64,000 bases of DNA from Saprospiraceae bacterium (GTDB lineage: Bacteria; Bacteroidota; Bacteroidia; Chitinophagales; Saprospiraceae), in the NCBI GenBank assembly GCA_035654115.1, contig DASRXQ010000029.1, positions 29,187 through 93,186 on the forward strand. Direction: 5' to 3'. Positions 53,229 to 63,331 of the stretch are shown one piece after another; position 1 is the first letter of the stretch; every line of letters begins with the position of its first letter. The notes below the pieces were generated by a model that saw only the letters and a program-made list of their open reading frames with translations, searched no databases and was not told the DNA's origin. The position numbers were made by a program, and so were the translations under genes.

Positions 53229-56200
53229 ATGATCCGAATGCCCTACCACATTACTTCACGATTGATCCGAATATACTTCATATCTGGCTTGTGCTTATCT
53301 GCATTTTTTACATCAGGTCAGAATCTGGTTCCAAATCCTGACTTTGAAACTTACACAACATGTCCATCAAATATTGGCACAGGGGGTTTCTTTCAGGCAG
53401 TGCCATGGGATAATGGGAATCTTGGTACAAGTGATTATTTTAATGCCTGTGATTTAACCAATACTGTTGGTGTACCTGCAAATGTTTTCGGTAACCAGCC
53501 GGCCCATTCCGGGAATGGATATGCCGGCTTATATGTTCGCAGTCAGACTTTGATCTATTATGAATACATCCAGGCCCCGCTTTTGGAAAGCCTGGTCAGT
53601 GGTGAAACGTACCACGTAAGTTTTTATGTCAGTCTAAGCGATGGACTCTGTGGCACCGGACATATAGGAGCATATTTTTCTTTTCTTCCTCCTCCTACAA
53701 TTAGCAGTAATCGTTTAGACGTAGTACCGCAAATCGATTATGCCATGAATGGTTATTTATCCAGCCATGATGACTGGATGTTTGTATCCGGATGTTTTAC
53801 AGCCCAGGGTGGCGAATCTTACATAACGATTGGAAATTTTCATATTGCGGCAGATACTCCTGTAGACCCGGGTTGTCCGCTTTCAGCGAATGAATCTTAT
53901 TATTATATCGATGACGTTGTCGTTGAAGAAGGACCTGACCCGGGTATTATTCCACTTGATCTTGGGGGTCCGATTACGATCTGCAATGCATACCTGGTTG
54001 ATCCTGGTATAGATAGTGTTTCATATCATTGGGAAGATGGCACTACAGCTGATACACTGAACATCACTACATCGGGAAATTATGCATTAACCATTTCCGA
54101 TGGATGTAATATTGGAATAGACAGTATTGATGTTACTATTGAAGGAAATCCTCAGTCAGTAGAAATCGGGACCGATTCAATAACGATTTGCAATGGAGAT
54201 CATTTTGATATTTCACTTGACCCCAATTGGAATTATGTGTGGAGTGATGGAACTACATCTCCGGATATTTCTCTTTCCTCCTCTGGTAATTATTCCGTTA
54301 CGCTTGACGATGGATGTGACATCTCCGCAGATACGATTTACCTCAATGTGCTATCTCCTCCGGCCCCATTCTCCCTGGGTATTGACACGGCTATTTGTCA
54401 GGGCTCAATCATATCTTATAATTTCGATCCTTCATTAGGAGAATTTATTTGGCAGGATGGCATTATTGGCGCAGAATATGAAATCAGTGATCCGGGCACC
54501 TACGCTCTGACGATTTCAAATATTTGTGGGAGTGCAACTGATGACATTGTGATTTCTGATCTTCCTGTTCCGGATGTTGAACTGGGTAGTCAAATTTTTT
54601 CACTGTGTACAGGCAGTACTCTTCTTATCAATCTGGATACACTTATTGCAAATTTTATCTGGCAGGACGGTTCTCTTAATTCATCCTACCTGGTTACGTC
54701 TGAAGGAACTTATGCGGTTACAGTTTCAAATGCATGCGGATCTGATAGTGATACAATTGTTGTGCATGAAGTATTATTTCCCTCAGTGGACCTGGGAACT
54801 GATATTACAATTTGTTTTGCGCAGCTTCCATACCAACTGGATATCTCAGGCTTGATGAGCGCAACGGGTTTTATCTGGCAGGATGGAAGCACAAATCCTG
54901 TATACAATATCTTGTCTTCAGGTGATTACAGCGTTACGGCTTCAAATGTTTGTTTTTCTGATGTTGATACCCTACAAGTTGAGGTAACTAATGAGGTACC
55001 ACAAGTTATATTACCCGCCGATCAATCTCTTTGTATTGGTGATACGCTTGTGCTGACTAATGCGGGTTCGTCAGGTACATATGAATGGAGTGATCAATCC
55101 TCCAACACATCATACATGGTCACAGAAGCAGGAACTTATTCCCTTACTGTCACAAATATTTGTGGTGCAGGAGCGGATACGATAAAAATTGATGCGGTTT
55201 CATCACCTTCCATTCCGGATTTAGGTCCTGATGTTTCCTTGTGCATTGGCCAAACTATTCTCCTGGTCCCGATGATATCAGATGTTTCTTTCGTATGGCA
55301 GGATGGAAGTACTGCCGATACATTATTAGTAAATTCTTCCGGTATCTATTCCGTACAGGCAGACAATATATGTGGATCATCTAAAGATACAATTGTCATC
55401 TCGGAGACTACAGATGCACCTGATGTTGATCTTGGTCCGGATGTGAGAGGCTGCATAGGAGATGTCGTGACACTTGTATCCAATATTTCAGGTGTTGATT
55501 TTGAATGGCAGGACGGATCTCAATTACCCGGATACACCACACCTGTTTCAGGACAGTTTATTCTGCATGTGAGCAATGGTTGTGGTTTTGATACGGATAC
55601 CATAGAAGTGGATATTCATGGCTCTGCTCCACAAGCTGATCTGGGTAACGATACATCATTGTGCACCGGAAATATTTTACAGCTGTCCATAACATCTGAT
55701 TCCGAAACACAGATTCAATGGCAGGATGGTTCTGTATTTTCAAATTTTACGGTGTCAGTACCAGGAACATATTCTGTTTTTGCATCCAATTATTGTGGGT
55801 CTGCTTCGGATACAATTGATGTTGGATTTTTAAACCCTCCTTCAGCATTTAATCTCGGTGCGGATACTATACTTTGTCCAGGGGAAAGTTTATTACTTCA
55901 GGCTCCTTTCACGAATGATGAGATTCAATGGCAGGACGGAAGCATGGATGACACATACCTGGCTGATCAATCACAAACCTATTCGCTGCTGCTATCCAAT
56001 CCGTGTGGAAGTGAGTCTGATGAATTAAATCTGATCATTGATGAGAATGTTCCGGTTATTCAACTGGATACACAGATAAGGATTTGCCAGGGTGATTTAA
56101 TTACACTCAATGTGACTCAATTGTTCCCGGCTGTTTATGAGTGGAATACAGGATCGACGGAACCCGTTTTTCAAATTATGGATCCGGGACAGTATTCAGT

Positions 56201-56564
56201 TTCGGTTAAAACACTTTGCGCAGAAACACATGCGGAAACAAATGTCGTTCTTTCCGATACTTGTTATGCTGAGAATTCATTCTATGTTCCCAATGTTTTT
56301 TCTCCGAATGACGACAACATTAATGATGACTTTGCTATAAAATGGGATCCGGAAATTGAAGTACATTCTATTTACACCAGCATATTTGACAGATGGGGAA
56401 ATATGGTTTTTAGTTCAAACGAAATTCCTGCAATATGGAATGGTGAATACAAAGGAAATATACTAAGCCCTGCTGTGTTTGTCTATCGGATAGAAATTGC
56501 GTATTTTGATAAATTGGCAGAAAGGACGTTGATTTTGCACGGAGATGTGACGCTGATCCGATAG
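53229..56564 (+). CDS. Giant T9SS type B cargo, adhesin-like, with 11 'W(Q/E/S)DG(S/T)' repeats (divergent paralog)
   Basis: It has the same N-terminal domain (QNLVPNPDFETYTTCPSN...), 11 repeats, and the type B CTD (FYVPNVFSPNDDNINDDF...DRWGNMVF...AVFVYRI). Confidence 0.85.
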   Translation: MIRMPYHITSRLIRIYFISGLCLSAFFTSGQNLVPNPDFETYTTCPSNIGTGGFFQAVPWDNGNLGTSDYFNACDLTNTVGVPANVFGNQPAHSGNGYAGLYVRSQTLIYYEYIQAPLLESLVSGETYHVSFYVSLSDGLCGTGHIGAYFSFLPPPTISSNRLDVVPQIDYAMNGYLSSHDDWMFVSGCFTAQGGESYITIGNFHIAADTPVDPGCPLSANESYYYIDDVVVEEGPDPGIIPLDLGGPITICNAYLVDPGIDSVSYHWEDGTTADTLNITTSGNYALTISDGCNIGIDSIDVTIEGNPQSVEIGTDSITICNGDHFDISLDPNWNYVWSDGTTSPDISLSSSGNYSVTLDDGCDISADTIYLNVLSPPAPFSLGIDTAICQGSIISYNFDPSLGEFIWQDGIIGAEYEISDPGTYALTISNICGSATDDIVISDLPVPDVELGSQIFSLCTGSTLLINLDTLIANFIWQDGSLNSSYLVTSEGTYAVTVSNACGSDSDTIVVHEVLFPSVDLGTDITICFAQLPYQLDISGLMSATGFIWQDGSTNPVYNILSSGDYSVTASNVCFSDVDTLQVEVTNEVPQVILPADQSLCIGDTLVLTNAGSSGTYEWSDQSSNTSYMVTEAGTYSLTVTNICGAGADTIKIDAVSSPSIPDLGPDVSLCIGQTILLVPMISDVSFVWQDGSTADTLLVNSSGIYSVQADNICGSSKDTIVISETTDAPDVDLGPDVRGCIGDVVTLVSNISGVDFEWQDGSQLPGYTTPVSGQFILHVSNGCGFDTDTIEVDIHGSAPQADLGNDTSLCTGNILQLSITSDSETQIQWQDGSVFSNFTVSVPGTYSVFASNYCGSASDTIDVGFLNPPSAFNLGADTILCPGESLLLQAPFTNDEIQWQDGSMDDTYLADQSQTYSLLLSNPCGSESDELNLIIDENVPVIQLDTQIRICQGDLITLNVTQLFPAVYEWNTGSTEPVFQIMDPGQYSVSVKTLCAETHAETNVVLSDTCYAENSFYVPNVFSPNDDNINDDFAIKWDPEIEVHSIYTSIFDRWGNMVFSSNEIPAIWNGEYKGNILSPAVFVYRIEIAYFDKLAERTLILHGDVTLIR

Positions 56565-56701
56565 GCATCAGGTTTTTTCAAATATAATTTACCAACTCAG
56601 GATGTTGTCCTATATGGAAATATTACACTGTTGAGATAATTCAGGAATAACCTGATCAACAAATTCACTCAATGGGTATTGATAAAATCTATCAAATACG
56701 C

Positions 56702-59700
56702 CTATCTCCTCACTACTTTATTAATCAATTGAGTTCCGTTGACCTCTGTCATGACAAAATAAATTCCAGCGTTCCATGAGGTTGTATTTATTGTAATGGT
56801 TTTTGATGATACAGTTTGTTGCAAAATTATTTTTCCAAATACATCTGCTACACTAACCGTTCCTGTATTTCCTTCTTCAATCCTTACCGTTAATATCTGA
56901 TCTACGGGATTTGGATATATAGACACGACTTCAGAAGATTGTACAGGATGCACACCCACCGGAATACAATCCGGATCATAAGGCCCACCGGGTGAACCAC
57001 CCAGACAACCTGCAAACCAATTGAACGGATCATTCAGATTTACATACGCATCACCAAGTTCAAGCGTATATCCATTTCCATCTGCTTCGGTGATCCAGGG
57101 AGCAATATCATCAAAACAAATACTCAGCTGCAATCTTCCACTTGCATCATAAAGACGAATTACATCTCCACCATTACCTAACCCAAAACCTAAATCTCCG
57201 AGCTTTTGAAAAACGGTAGGATGCACTTCAATAAAATCTGCTTCGTTTTCACACAGCACCAGGTATCCGCCGGCAGATATAATCCTTCCTGCCGGTATTG
57301 TAAAAATATGTGCATCATCATCGTCACGTACAGACCAACCAGAAAGGTCAACAGGAATATCAAGTTGATTTTTGATCTCAAACCAATCACCCGCATCCTC
57401 ATCATTTGAAGAATGATAATTGATTTCGCTCACGATCAGATCATCTGCACATGGCGAAAAAGAAGTTCCCGGGCTTCCACCCATGCAACCATCAAACCAG
57501 CTCTGAGGTTGGCCGGGATCATTTATACCTGGGTATCGTTCAAGTGTACGTCCAAATCCATCAGGCGTACATGGCCAGGGAAGTTCGTCAGCATATGCAG
57601 CCTGCATAACTGTGGTTCCTGACCGATCGATTACAAAAATTTCTTCTCCGTCATTATCCAGTCCGAATAGCGTGCTCCCTGCTTTATTAGATACTTCAGG
57701 ATGTATCACACTGAATTTCTCTTCATCCTTCACTACTACAATTCGCTCTCCAGGCTGAAGAATGGAACCTGCAGGCATAGAGAAAGCATTGAACCAATCC
57801 TTATCCTGCATTTTATAATCCGTCAGATCAATAGCGAAGTCAGCTGCATTTTTTATTTCAAACCAATCTCCATCATCCCTGGTATCATCCGGGTGATAAT
57901 TGACTTCTGTCAATTCCAGCAATGCGGGTTGCGATGTTCCGCTGAAATGAGCAGTAAATTCCGAGAATGGCTGAATGTTGATCGTAAATGAACCCGCAAG
58001 TGTATCAAGCGATAAATTATTTTCCCAGTGGTCAAATGAATAACCCGGGTTCGGAATAGCTGTAATGGTCACGGGTACATCATCAAAATAAATTCCAGCC
58101 CAGGGATATTCTTTCGGAATGACAGTACTGATCTTGATAACACCGGCTTCAGCCGGTTCTACGCGAAGAGCGATATCAACCTGCTCACCTAATTCAAAAT
58201 ATTCCTGTAACTGCTGTCGCTGAAAGACACGCCGGATATTATGGAACTCCTGGAGATCATAAACATTATTCAGCCAGCTAAGCGAGTCCGGGGATCCCCA
58301 ACGTGCGCTTTGACGGTTTATTTCCGAAGCGATTTCAGCTGCATTATTTTCGATTATAGCCAGTGCTTTCTCAGGTGTCCAGTATTCGTTCATCAAATCT
58401 GCAAACCGGTTGATGAAATATAGTTTGAATTCAGGATTTTGCAACAGGCTGTTCATCATATCTGTGTACAGGTTTTGTTGAGCGGGATGTGCAAGTGCTT
58501 CATCCAGGATATTGGTTGTCACTGAAACACCATTCCCCTGGGCATACGTCACATCAAAAATGATATATCTCCAGCGCAGATCTGGCGCTCTGTACATCCG
58601 TGTATTATTGAAATACATGCTCGAAAACCAATCCCCGTTAGCGAGATACATCTCTGCAGCAAAATAATCAACCCAGTTTTCCCAATCGACACGTTTCTTA
58701 GCCTCTGCAAAATTGTCCGGGTCATTCATATCATGCTGAATGAGAAAATCACTCATGGAAAAAAAATCATCACCTGTACCTTCGTCTACGAGATAATGTT
58801 CATCTTCAAAATAGGAGGATAGTATCTGATCGACCAGTTCCGGATCAGCACCATGGTTGTCACGGACATAATATTCATTCGTAACTTCCCTTCCGCCATA
58901 ATGTCCCCAATATTCTCCATTGATGAAGACCGCCATATGCTGATATCCTGTAGAAGCACAATGTGTAGGCAGCGTAAGTTGATTAGCCAATATGTCACGC
59001 ATTCGCGTGCTGTTCCAGTCATCATCCATATTCCGTACACGGAATTCACGATAGCTGGTGATGCCCGGTTTGTCTCTTAAGAAAATGGGATAATGCACTT
59101 CATCCAGAGCACCAAAATCTTCATCAAAAGAAAACTGCATTGACTTCTGGTCAAAAGCAATTGAATATCCGCCTACAGGACGCATGCTTGCATTTTCTGA
59201 AAAAGCAAGATTCTTGTATTTATCAAAATATTCAAGATGAACAGGCGCTTTGATTCCCTGACCATAATTATCATATGCAGCGAGACCACCACTTCCGTCA
59301 TTAAACAAATCACCTGGTGTTGCAGAAATACTTAGTACCGGCAGATCGCTTTTTTCTCCAATAAAATAAGTAGCACAAGCAGTCTGTCCGGCTAATCTTC
59401 CGGTTTCAAAGCTTCTCGCTTTTACTACCGTTGTACTGTTGATTGTAAACGGACCGGTATAAATTTCAGATTCATTTGTCGGTTCACTCCCATCCGTAGT
59501 ATACCGTACATCATTTCCTTCTATGATAACAGTCTGATCGGTCTGATAAAAACCTGCATCCGGAGAAATGACCGGTTTTTCTGAATACCCCGATAGACAA
59601 TTATTACCATTCGGTGCTGCTGCTGTAGAGCTGTCCGTAAGACACCAATCTCCTGTATCATCCATTCGCATGATAGAATTGCCGGGCAACAAATAAGGCA

Positions 59701-60679
59701 TCTCAATGCTATCAGTAACTACACCGACTGCATCAAACAACCTCACTGTCTCTCCGAAACCGATTTTAAAATTGGTATGATACAATGAGGTTATGATGTC
59801 ATTGAAAAAAGAAGGATTAGGACCGTAGAAAACATCAGGCGTATGAATGCCAAAATGCAGCCACGTTCTTCCGGAGAGATCGCTTGAAGCGGGTTCAATA
59901 TTGTGAACTTCAATAGCAAGCACATTTTGACCCGTGATGAGCAGTGATGCAAGTTCGGATTTTGAAATCGGGAACACATCCGGGCTTCCGCCGGTGTATA
60001 GTTGCGCCTCATGGTCAACAGTTGCCACAGTGGTATAATCAGGTGTGCCGTCCGGCATATTTGAACTGCGGAAAATTTCAATACCGTTGAGGTACGCTAT
60101 GAATGCATCGTCATAATCCATGCTTAGGATGGCGCTATCAAGTTTGGCCGGGTCTGCAACATTGAACCTGTGCCGGTAATAAAATGCAAGTGTAGAATCC
60201 GGTATGGTGGTCACATCATCGTCATCTCCGTATCCAAAACCACCTTGTGCATTATCCCATGCACTATCATCAAAGGTCAGCGATGTCCAATCAGCAGGAG
60301 GGTTTTCGGTTCCAATAAATAATCGCCAGAGATCTCCTTCATTCAGTGCGGTTTCCCAGTGGTCGATAGCAGATTGGCCCAGGCCTCCCCTGTTTTTGCC
60401 AGAGGCAAAGATGAGAATACGCTCGCCGGCTGGCAGGCTATGATCAGGAAAGGTCCATTTCGGATTTTTACTATCGCTGAGGCTGAAGCCGATGAGATTT
60501 TGATCCGTCGGGCCGGCATTGTAGACCTCTATCCAGTCCGGATATTCGTTGTTCTCATCTGCCAGCAGGTAAGCATTGGTCGGGGATACTTCGGATATAA
60601 CCAATTGGGCCTTAGCCTGGAATGGAATCAGGAATAAAATGGCTGAGATATAGAAAATGGTTTTCATGATGTGGATCAT
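56702..60679 (-). CDS. CotH-family protein with three lamin-tail domains, a chitobiase/hexosaminidase-C-like domain and a T9SS type A CTD
   Basis: The lamin-tail domains are LVISEVSPTN...DWIEVYN, LTEVNYHPDD...DWFEIKN and VSEINYHSSN...DWFEIKN. Other segments are RYTTDGSEPT...YTGPF and a CotH core (FRVRNMDDDWNSTRMRD...YQHMAVFINGEYWGHY). The C-terminus is IYPNPVDQILTV...GIYFV. The likely start is MKTIFY at 60667. Confidence 0.8.
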   Translation of the reverse strand: MIHIMKTIFYISAILFLIPFQAKAQLVISEVSPTNAYLLADENNEYPDWIEVYNAGPTDQNLIGFSLSDSKNPKWTFPDHSLPAGERILIFASGKNRGGLGQSAIDHWETALNEGDLWRLFIGTENPPADWTSLTFDDSAWDNAQGGFGYGDDDDVTTIPDSTLAFYYRHRFNVADPAKLDSAILSMDYDDAFIAYLNGIEIFRSSNMPDGTPDYTTVATVDHEAQLYTGGSPDVFPISKSELASLLITGQNVLAIEVHNIEPASSDLSGRTWLHFGIHTPDVFYGPNPSFFNDIITSLYHTNFKIGFGETVRLFDAVGVVTDSIEMPYLLPGNSIMRMDDTGDWCLTDSSTAAAPNGNNCLSGYSEKPVISPDAGFYQTDQTVIIEGNDVRYTTDGSEPTNESEIYTGPFTINSTTVVKARSFETGRLAGQTACATYFIGEKSDLPVLSISATPGDLFNDGSGGLAAYDNYGQGIKAPVHLEYFDKYKNLAFSENASMRPVGGYSIAFDQKSMQFSFDEDFGALDEVHYPIFLRDKPGITSYREFRVRNMDDDWNSTRMRDILANQLTLPTHCASTGYQHMAVFINGEYWGHYGGREVTNEYYVRDNHGADPELVDQILSSYFEDEHYLVDEGTGDDFFSMSDFLIQHDMNDPDNFAEAKKRVDWENWVDYFAAEMYLANGDWFSSMYFNNTRMYRAPDLRWRYIIFDVTYAQGNGVSVTTNILDEALAHPAQQNLYTDMMNSLLQNPEFKLYFINRFADLMNEYWTPEKALAIIENNAAEIASEINRQSARWGSPDSLSWLNNVYDLQEFHNIRRVFQRQQLQEYFELGEQVDIALRVEPAEAGVIKISTVIPKEYPWAGIYFDDVPVTITAIPNPGYSFDHWENNLSLDTLAGSFTINIQPFSEFTAHFSGTSQPALLELTEVNYHPDDTRDDGDWFEIKNAADFAIDLTDYKMQDKDWFNAFSMPAGSILQPGERIVVVKDEEKFSVIHPEVSNKAGSTLFGLDNDGEEIFVIDRSGTTVMQAAYADELPWPCTPDGFGRTLERYPGINDPGQPQSWFDGCMGGSPGTSFSPCADDLIVSEINYHSSNDEDAGDWFEIKNQLDIPVDLSGWSVRDDDDAHIFTIPAGRIISAGGYLVLCENEADFIEVHPTVFQKLGDLGFGLGNGGDVIRLYDASGRLQLSICFDDIAPWITEADGNGYTLELGDAYVNLNDPFNWFAGCLGGSPGGPYDPDCIPVGVHPVQSSEVVSIYPNPVDQILTVRIEEGNTGTVSVADVFGKIILQQTVSSKTITINTTSWNAGIYFVMTEVNGTQLINKVVRR

Positions 60680-60810
60680 TGAGGGAAATAAAGATAGAAA
60701 GTTGTGTCACGTGAGGACAGGGGTGAGGGTGTAAAGATGGTGAATTTTTGAAATAACAATTCATCCGTCAAATCCGACAATTCAGTCAACTGCATTGAGC
60801 CCACATCCTT

Positions 60811-61578
60811 ATGAGTTCGGCAAAACAAAGTGGTCAGGGGTACTTTTGCCGCATGATCAATTCAACGAATATTCAGCAAGGAGAAGCCTCAAAGGCCGGA
60901 CGTATTACGCTGCCTGATTTCATTGGCGACCTTCCGCATGCCATCTTTCATGTCGATCGGGGCATCCTGTTCAATTTCATCCAGCTTTTCAGGCGACCGG
61001 GTGCTTCTATTGAAGAGTATCTCGCCGGAAGACGCAAGGTATTTTTCCACCCTGCCAGCTACCTGGTGGTAGCATTACTTGTTAATTATCTCGTGGTGAA
61101 GCTGATCAACTTGCATTTCTATGATGCAGCAGAACTGACTACAATGACTCCGCTGGCAGCGCAGGCCATCCGGGATTATGATGCCATGCAATGGTGGTTT
61201 TTAGAGCATACCTATCTCTACATCCTGGTAGCTATTCCTGCATCTGCGGGTTTTCTTTTTACCATTTTCCGTTTGGCGAAAAGAAAATTGAATATTGCTG
61301 AAACAGCGATCATTGTCCTGTTTACAATTGCACAGGGTGTATTGATTCAAAGTCTCATCTACCTCAGCTTTGGCTGGATCCATGATGGTTCTTTCCGTCG
61401 TGGTATGGAGACGGTCAATATGTCGATCCTGATCCTGTATGCATCGTTTGTTGCCTATCAATTAATGCCCACGATAAAAAGTAAAGTGATCAGAATATTA
61501 TCATCGTTTTTATCTGGTGCAGGTCTTGCCATTGTGTGGATTGTATCTGCGTATGGATTGTATGTGGTGATGCAATAA
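60811..61578 (+). CDS. DUF3667-like membrane protein lacking the N-terminal zinc ribbon
   Basis: It has FHVDRGILFNFIQLFRRPGASIEEYLAGRRKVFFHPASYL followed by 4-5 TM helices. The start could instead be 60853. Confidence 0.5.
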   Translation: MSSAKQSGQGYFCRMINSTNIQQGEASKAGRITLPDFIGDLPHAIFHVDRGILFNFIQLFRRPGASIEEYLAGRRKVFFHPASYLVVALLVNYLVVKLINLHFYDAAELTTMTPLAAQAIRDYDAMQWWFLEHTYLYILVAIPASAGFLFTIFRLAKRKLNIAETAIIVLFTIAQGVLIQSLIYLSFGWIHDGSFRRGMETVNMSILILYASFVAYQLMPTIKSKVIRILSSFLSGAGLAIVWIVSAYGLYVVMQ

Positions 61579-61649
61579 GGTGGTCTTTCATGGTGCAATT
61601 CGTTTAGATCCCTGATCGTTATCTTCCCGGAGATAAATACAATAAAATT

Positions 61650-62273
61650 TTGCTTAAATATTTAAGAGGTCATATTGTGGAGGCAAAGTCATCCCACTGT
61701 GACATTTGGTACGTTCGATCCATTACAGTATTTCTGCTATTCTTGCTTGGTTTTCAGCTTATGTCATGCATGCCTGTGATTAAACTGGTATATGGTATCC
61801 ATAAACCAAGGTATGTTTCAGATTCAGCTGTTGTCAAATATTACAATCGTCTTGGGTTGCAGGGTGAAATTTACAGATTGAAAGATTACAACAGTGGTAA
61901 TCGTAAAAAATTTCGATACTTAGGGAATACAATGCCGGATGTTTTACTCTTTAATTCCAAAGGATATCTAACGAAATTTGATATTGATTGTAGCAAAGGT
62001 CTGGATTCAATAGTAAAACTGTCACTTCATGATATCGACAGTATGAGTTTAGAAGGAAAATCGATTCAGGATTTTATTGATGACACCTATGTAATTAATA
62101 ATTTAAACAATAAAGAAATCCATCATCTGAACATGCCTTTGTATGTAGTAAAATTTGCGGATTACGCAGGCAAATTGAATAAAGAGAATGTTCCGGCATT
62201 GATAGCACAACTAAACTTACGTTCAGATATTCATTATGTAATACTGAATATGGATTACTCGGTTCCTGAATAG
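61650..62273 (+). CDS. Hypothetical lipoprotein
   Basis: It has a hydrophobic signal with a Cys (LLGFQLMSC) and no recognisable family. The start is non-ATG per the ORF track. Confidence 0.35.
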   Translation: MLKYLRGHIVEAKSSHCDIWYVRSITVFLLFLLGFQLMSCMPVIKLVYGIHKPRYVSDSAVVKYYNRLGLQGEIYRLKDYNSGNRKKFRYLGNTMPDVLLFNSKGYLTKFDIDCSKGLDSIVKLSLHDIDSMSLEGKSIQDFIDDTYVINNLNNKEIHHLNMPLYVVKFADYAGKLNKENVPALIAQLNLRSDIHYVILNMDYSVPE

Positions 62274-62325
62274 ATGATTTATGACGCTGCCTCTCTCAAT
62301 GTCACTTACGAATTTATTTTTCCTA

Positions 62326-62619
62326 CTACCAAACCTTAAATATCTCCCGGCTGCCCGACACATACATCTCATTTACACCTTTCATCTTTTCGTTCATCTT
62401 CCGGTTTTCCTCTGAATCTTCCATATACTTCTCCCAGCTTTTCTCATACGCTGTGAGATTTTCAAATTGACTGACCATGATGACCCTGTGCCATTGTCCG
62501 GTCATGTCGGTCATGATATGAAGCATGTTTGATTGGCCGCCCATCACTTCTTTGAAAAGCTTTGCCATTTTTGAAGCATTTCCAGGTTTGCAGATAAAGG
62601 TGTCGTGTACGATGATCAT
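62326..62619 (-). CDS. Small hypothetical protein (97 aa)
   Basis: A clean ORF with no signal peptide. I could not assign a family. Confidence 0.4.
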   Translation of the reverse strand: MIIVHDTFICKPGNASKMAKLFKEVMGGQSNMLHIMTDMTGQWHRVIMVSQFENLTAYEKSWEKYMEDSEENRKMNEKMKGVNEMYVSGSREIFKVW

Positions 62620-62807
62620 GATTTTGGTTTTATTTTATAACAAGCCGTTACGCAGAAAGTTAATTATATATTTTTAGTTTAAAAAATTAACCTCTTGCTA
62701 AATTAATGATTAAATCCAAAGAAGAACCTTTCAAGATTCGAACGTCTCATTTTATACTGGATGATATTGTTGGAATTAAACCTATTAACAGTCAGACTCC
62801 ATCATAC

Positions 62808-63233
62808 TCAAATAAAGACAATATCACGGGATTCATTAAAAATCCTGATGGAAGGATTGCTTAGAAGTGTCAGGACCATGAAAGACAGGTTTGACTGGAA
62901 GAACTGATATATAATCAATTCTTTCCCGTTATGTTTATTTAGTAAAAGGTCTGACAGTTCTTTAATTTGATTGTTGTATTGTATAAGGCGCATCCAATCC
63001 ATTCTCTTTTCTTCTTCAGTAAAATTCCAATTACAAGTATCATGATTGGACAAATGTTTAGTTGAGTCTGAGTAAATCGAATCAATACATTGTTGTAACT
63101 CAGTATTTAGGCTTTGAGCCAATAATAAACTATGATTTTGATAACAGGATACAGAAAAAAGTAGAACAATGTATATTCTCAACATTGTTCTGCCTTTTGT
63201 ATTATGATATTGACAATATCCTATCATGGACAA
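62808..63233 (-). CDS. Hypothetical secreted protein
   Basis: It has an internal Met followed by the signal-like MLRIYIVLLFSVSCYQ. I could not assign a family. Confidence 0.3.
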   Translation of the reverse strand: MSMIGYCQYHNTKGRTMLRIYIVLLFSVSCYQNHSLLLAQSLNTELQQCIDSIYSDSTKHLSNHDTCNWNFTEEEKRMDWMRLIQYNNQIKELSDLLLNKHNGKELIIYQFFQSNLSFMVLTLLSNPSIRIFNESRDIVFI

Positions 63234-63331
63234 TCTAATCCAGATCCTAATGAAATATCAAATCCATTTGCAGCGAAAATAGCCGGTTGAAGAATCGCCG
63301 CGCTCCTCTGATTAAGGCATGGTGAAAAATT

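Noticed and set aside
44275-56564. Diversity-generating retroelement or invertase-driven shufflon acting on the repeat adhesins
   Set aside because: The window has no reverse transcriptase, no template repeat with adenine-specific differences, and no recombinase or invertase gene. Variation is better explained by homologous recombination among repeats.
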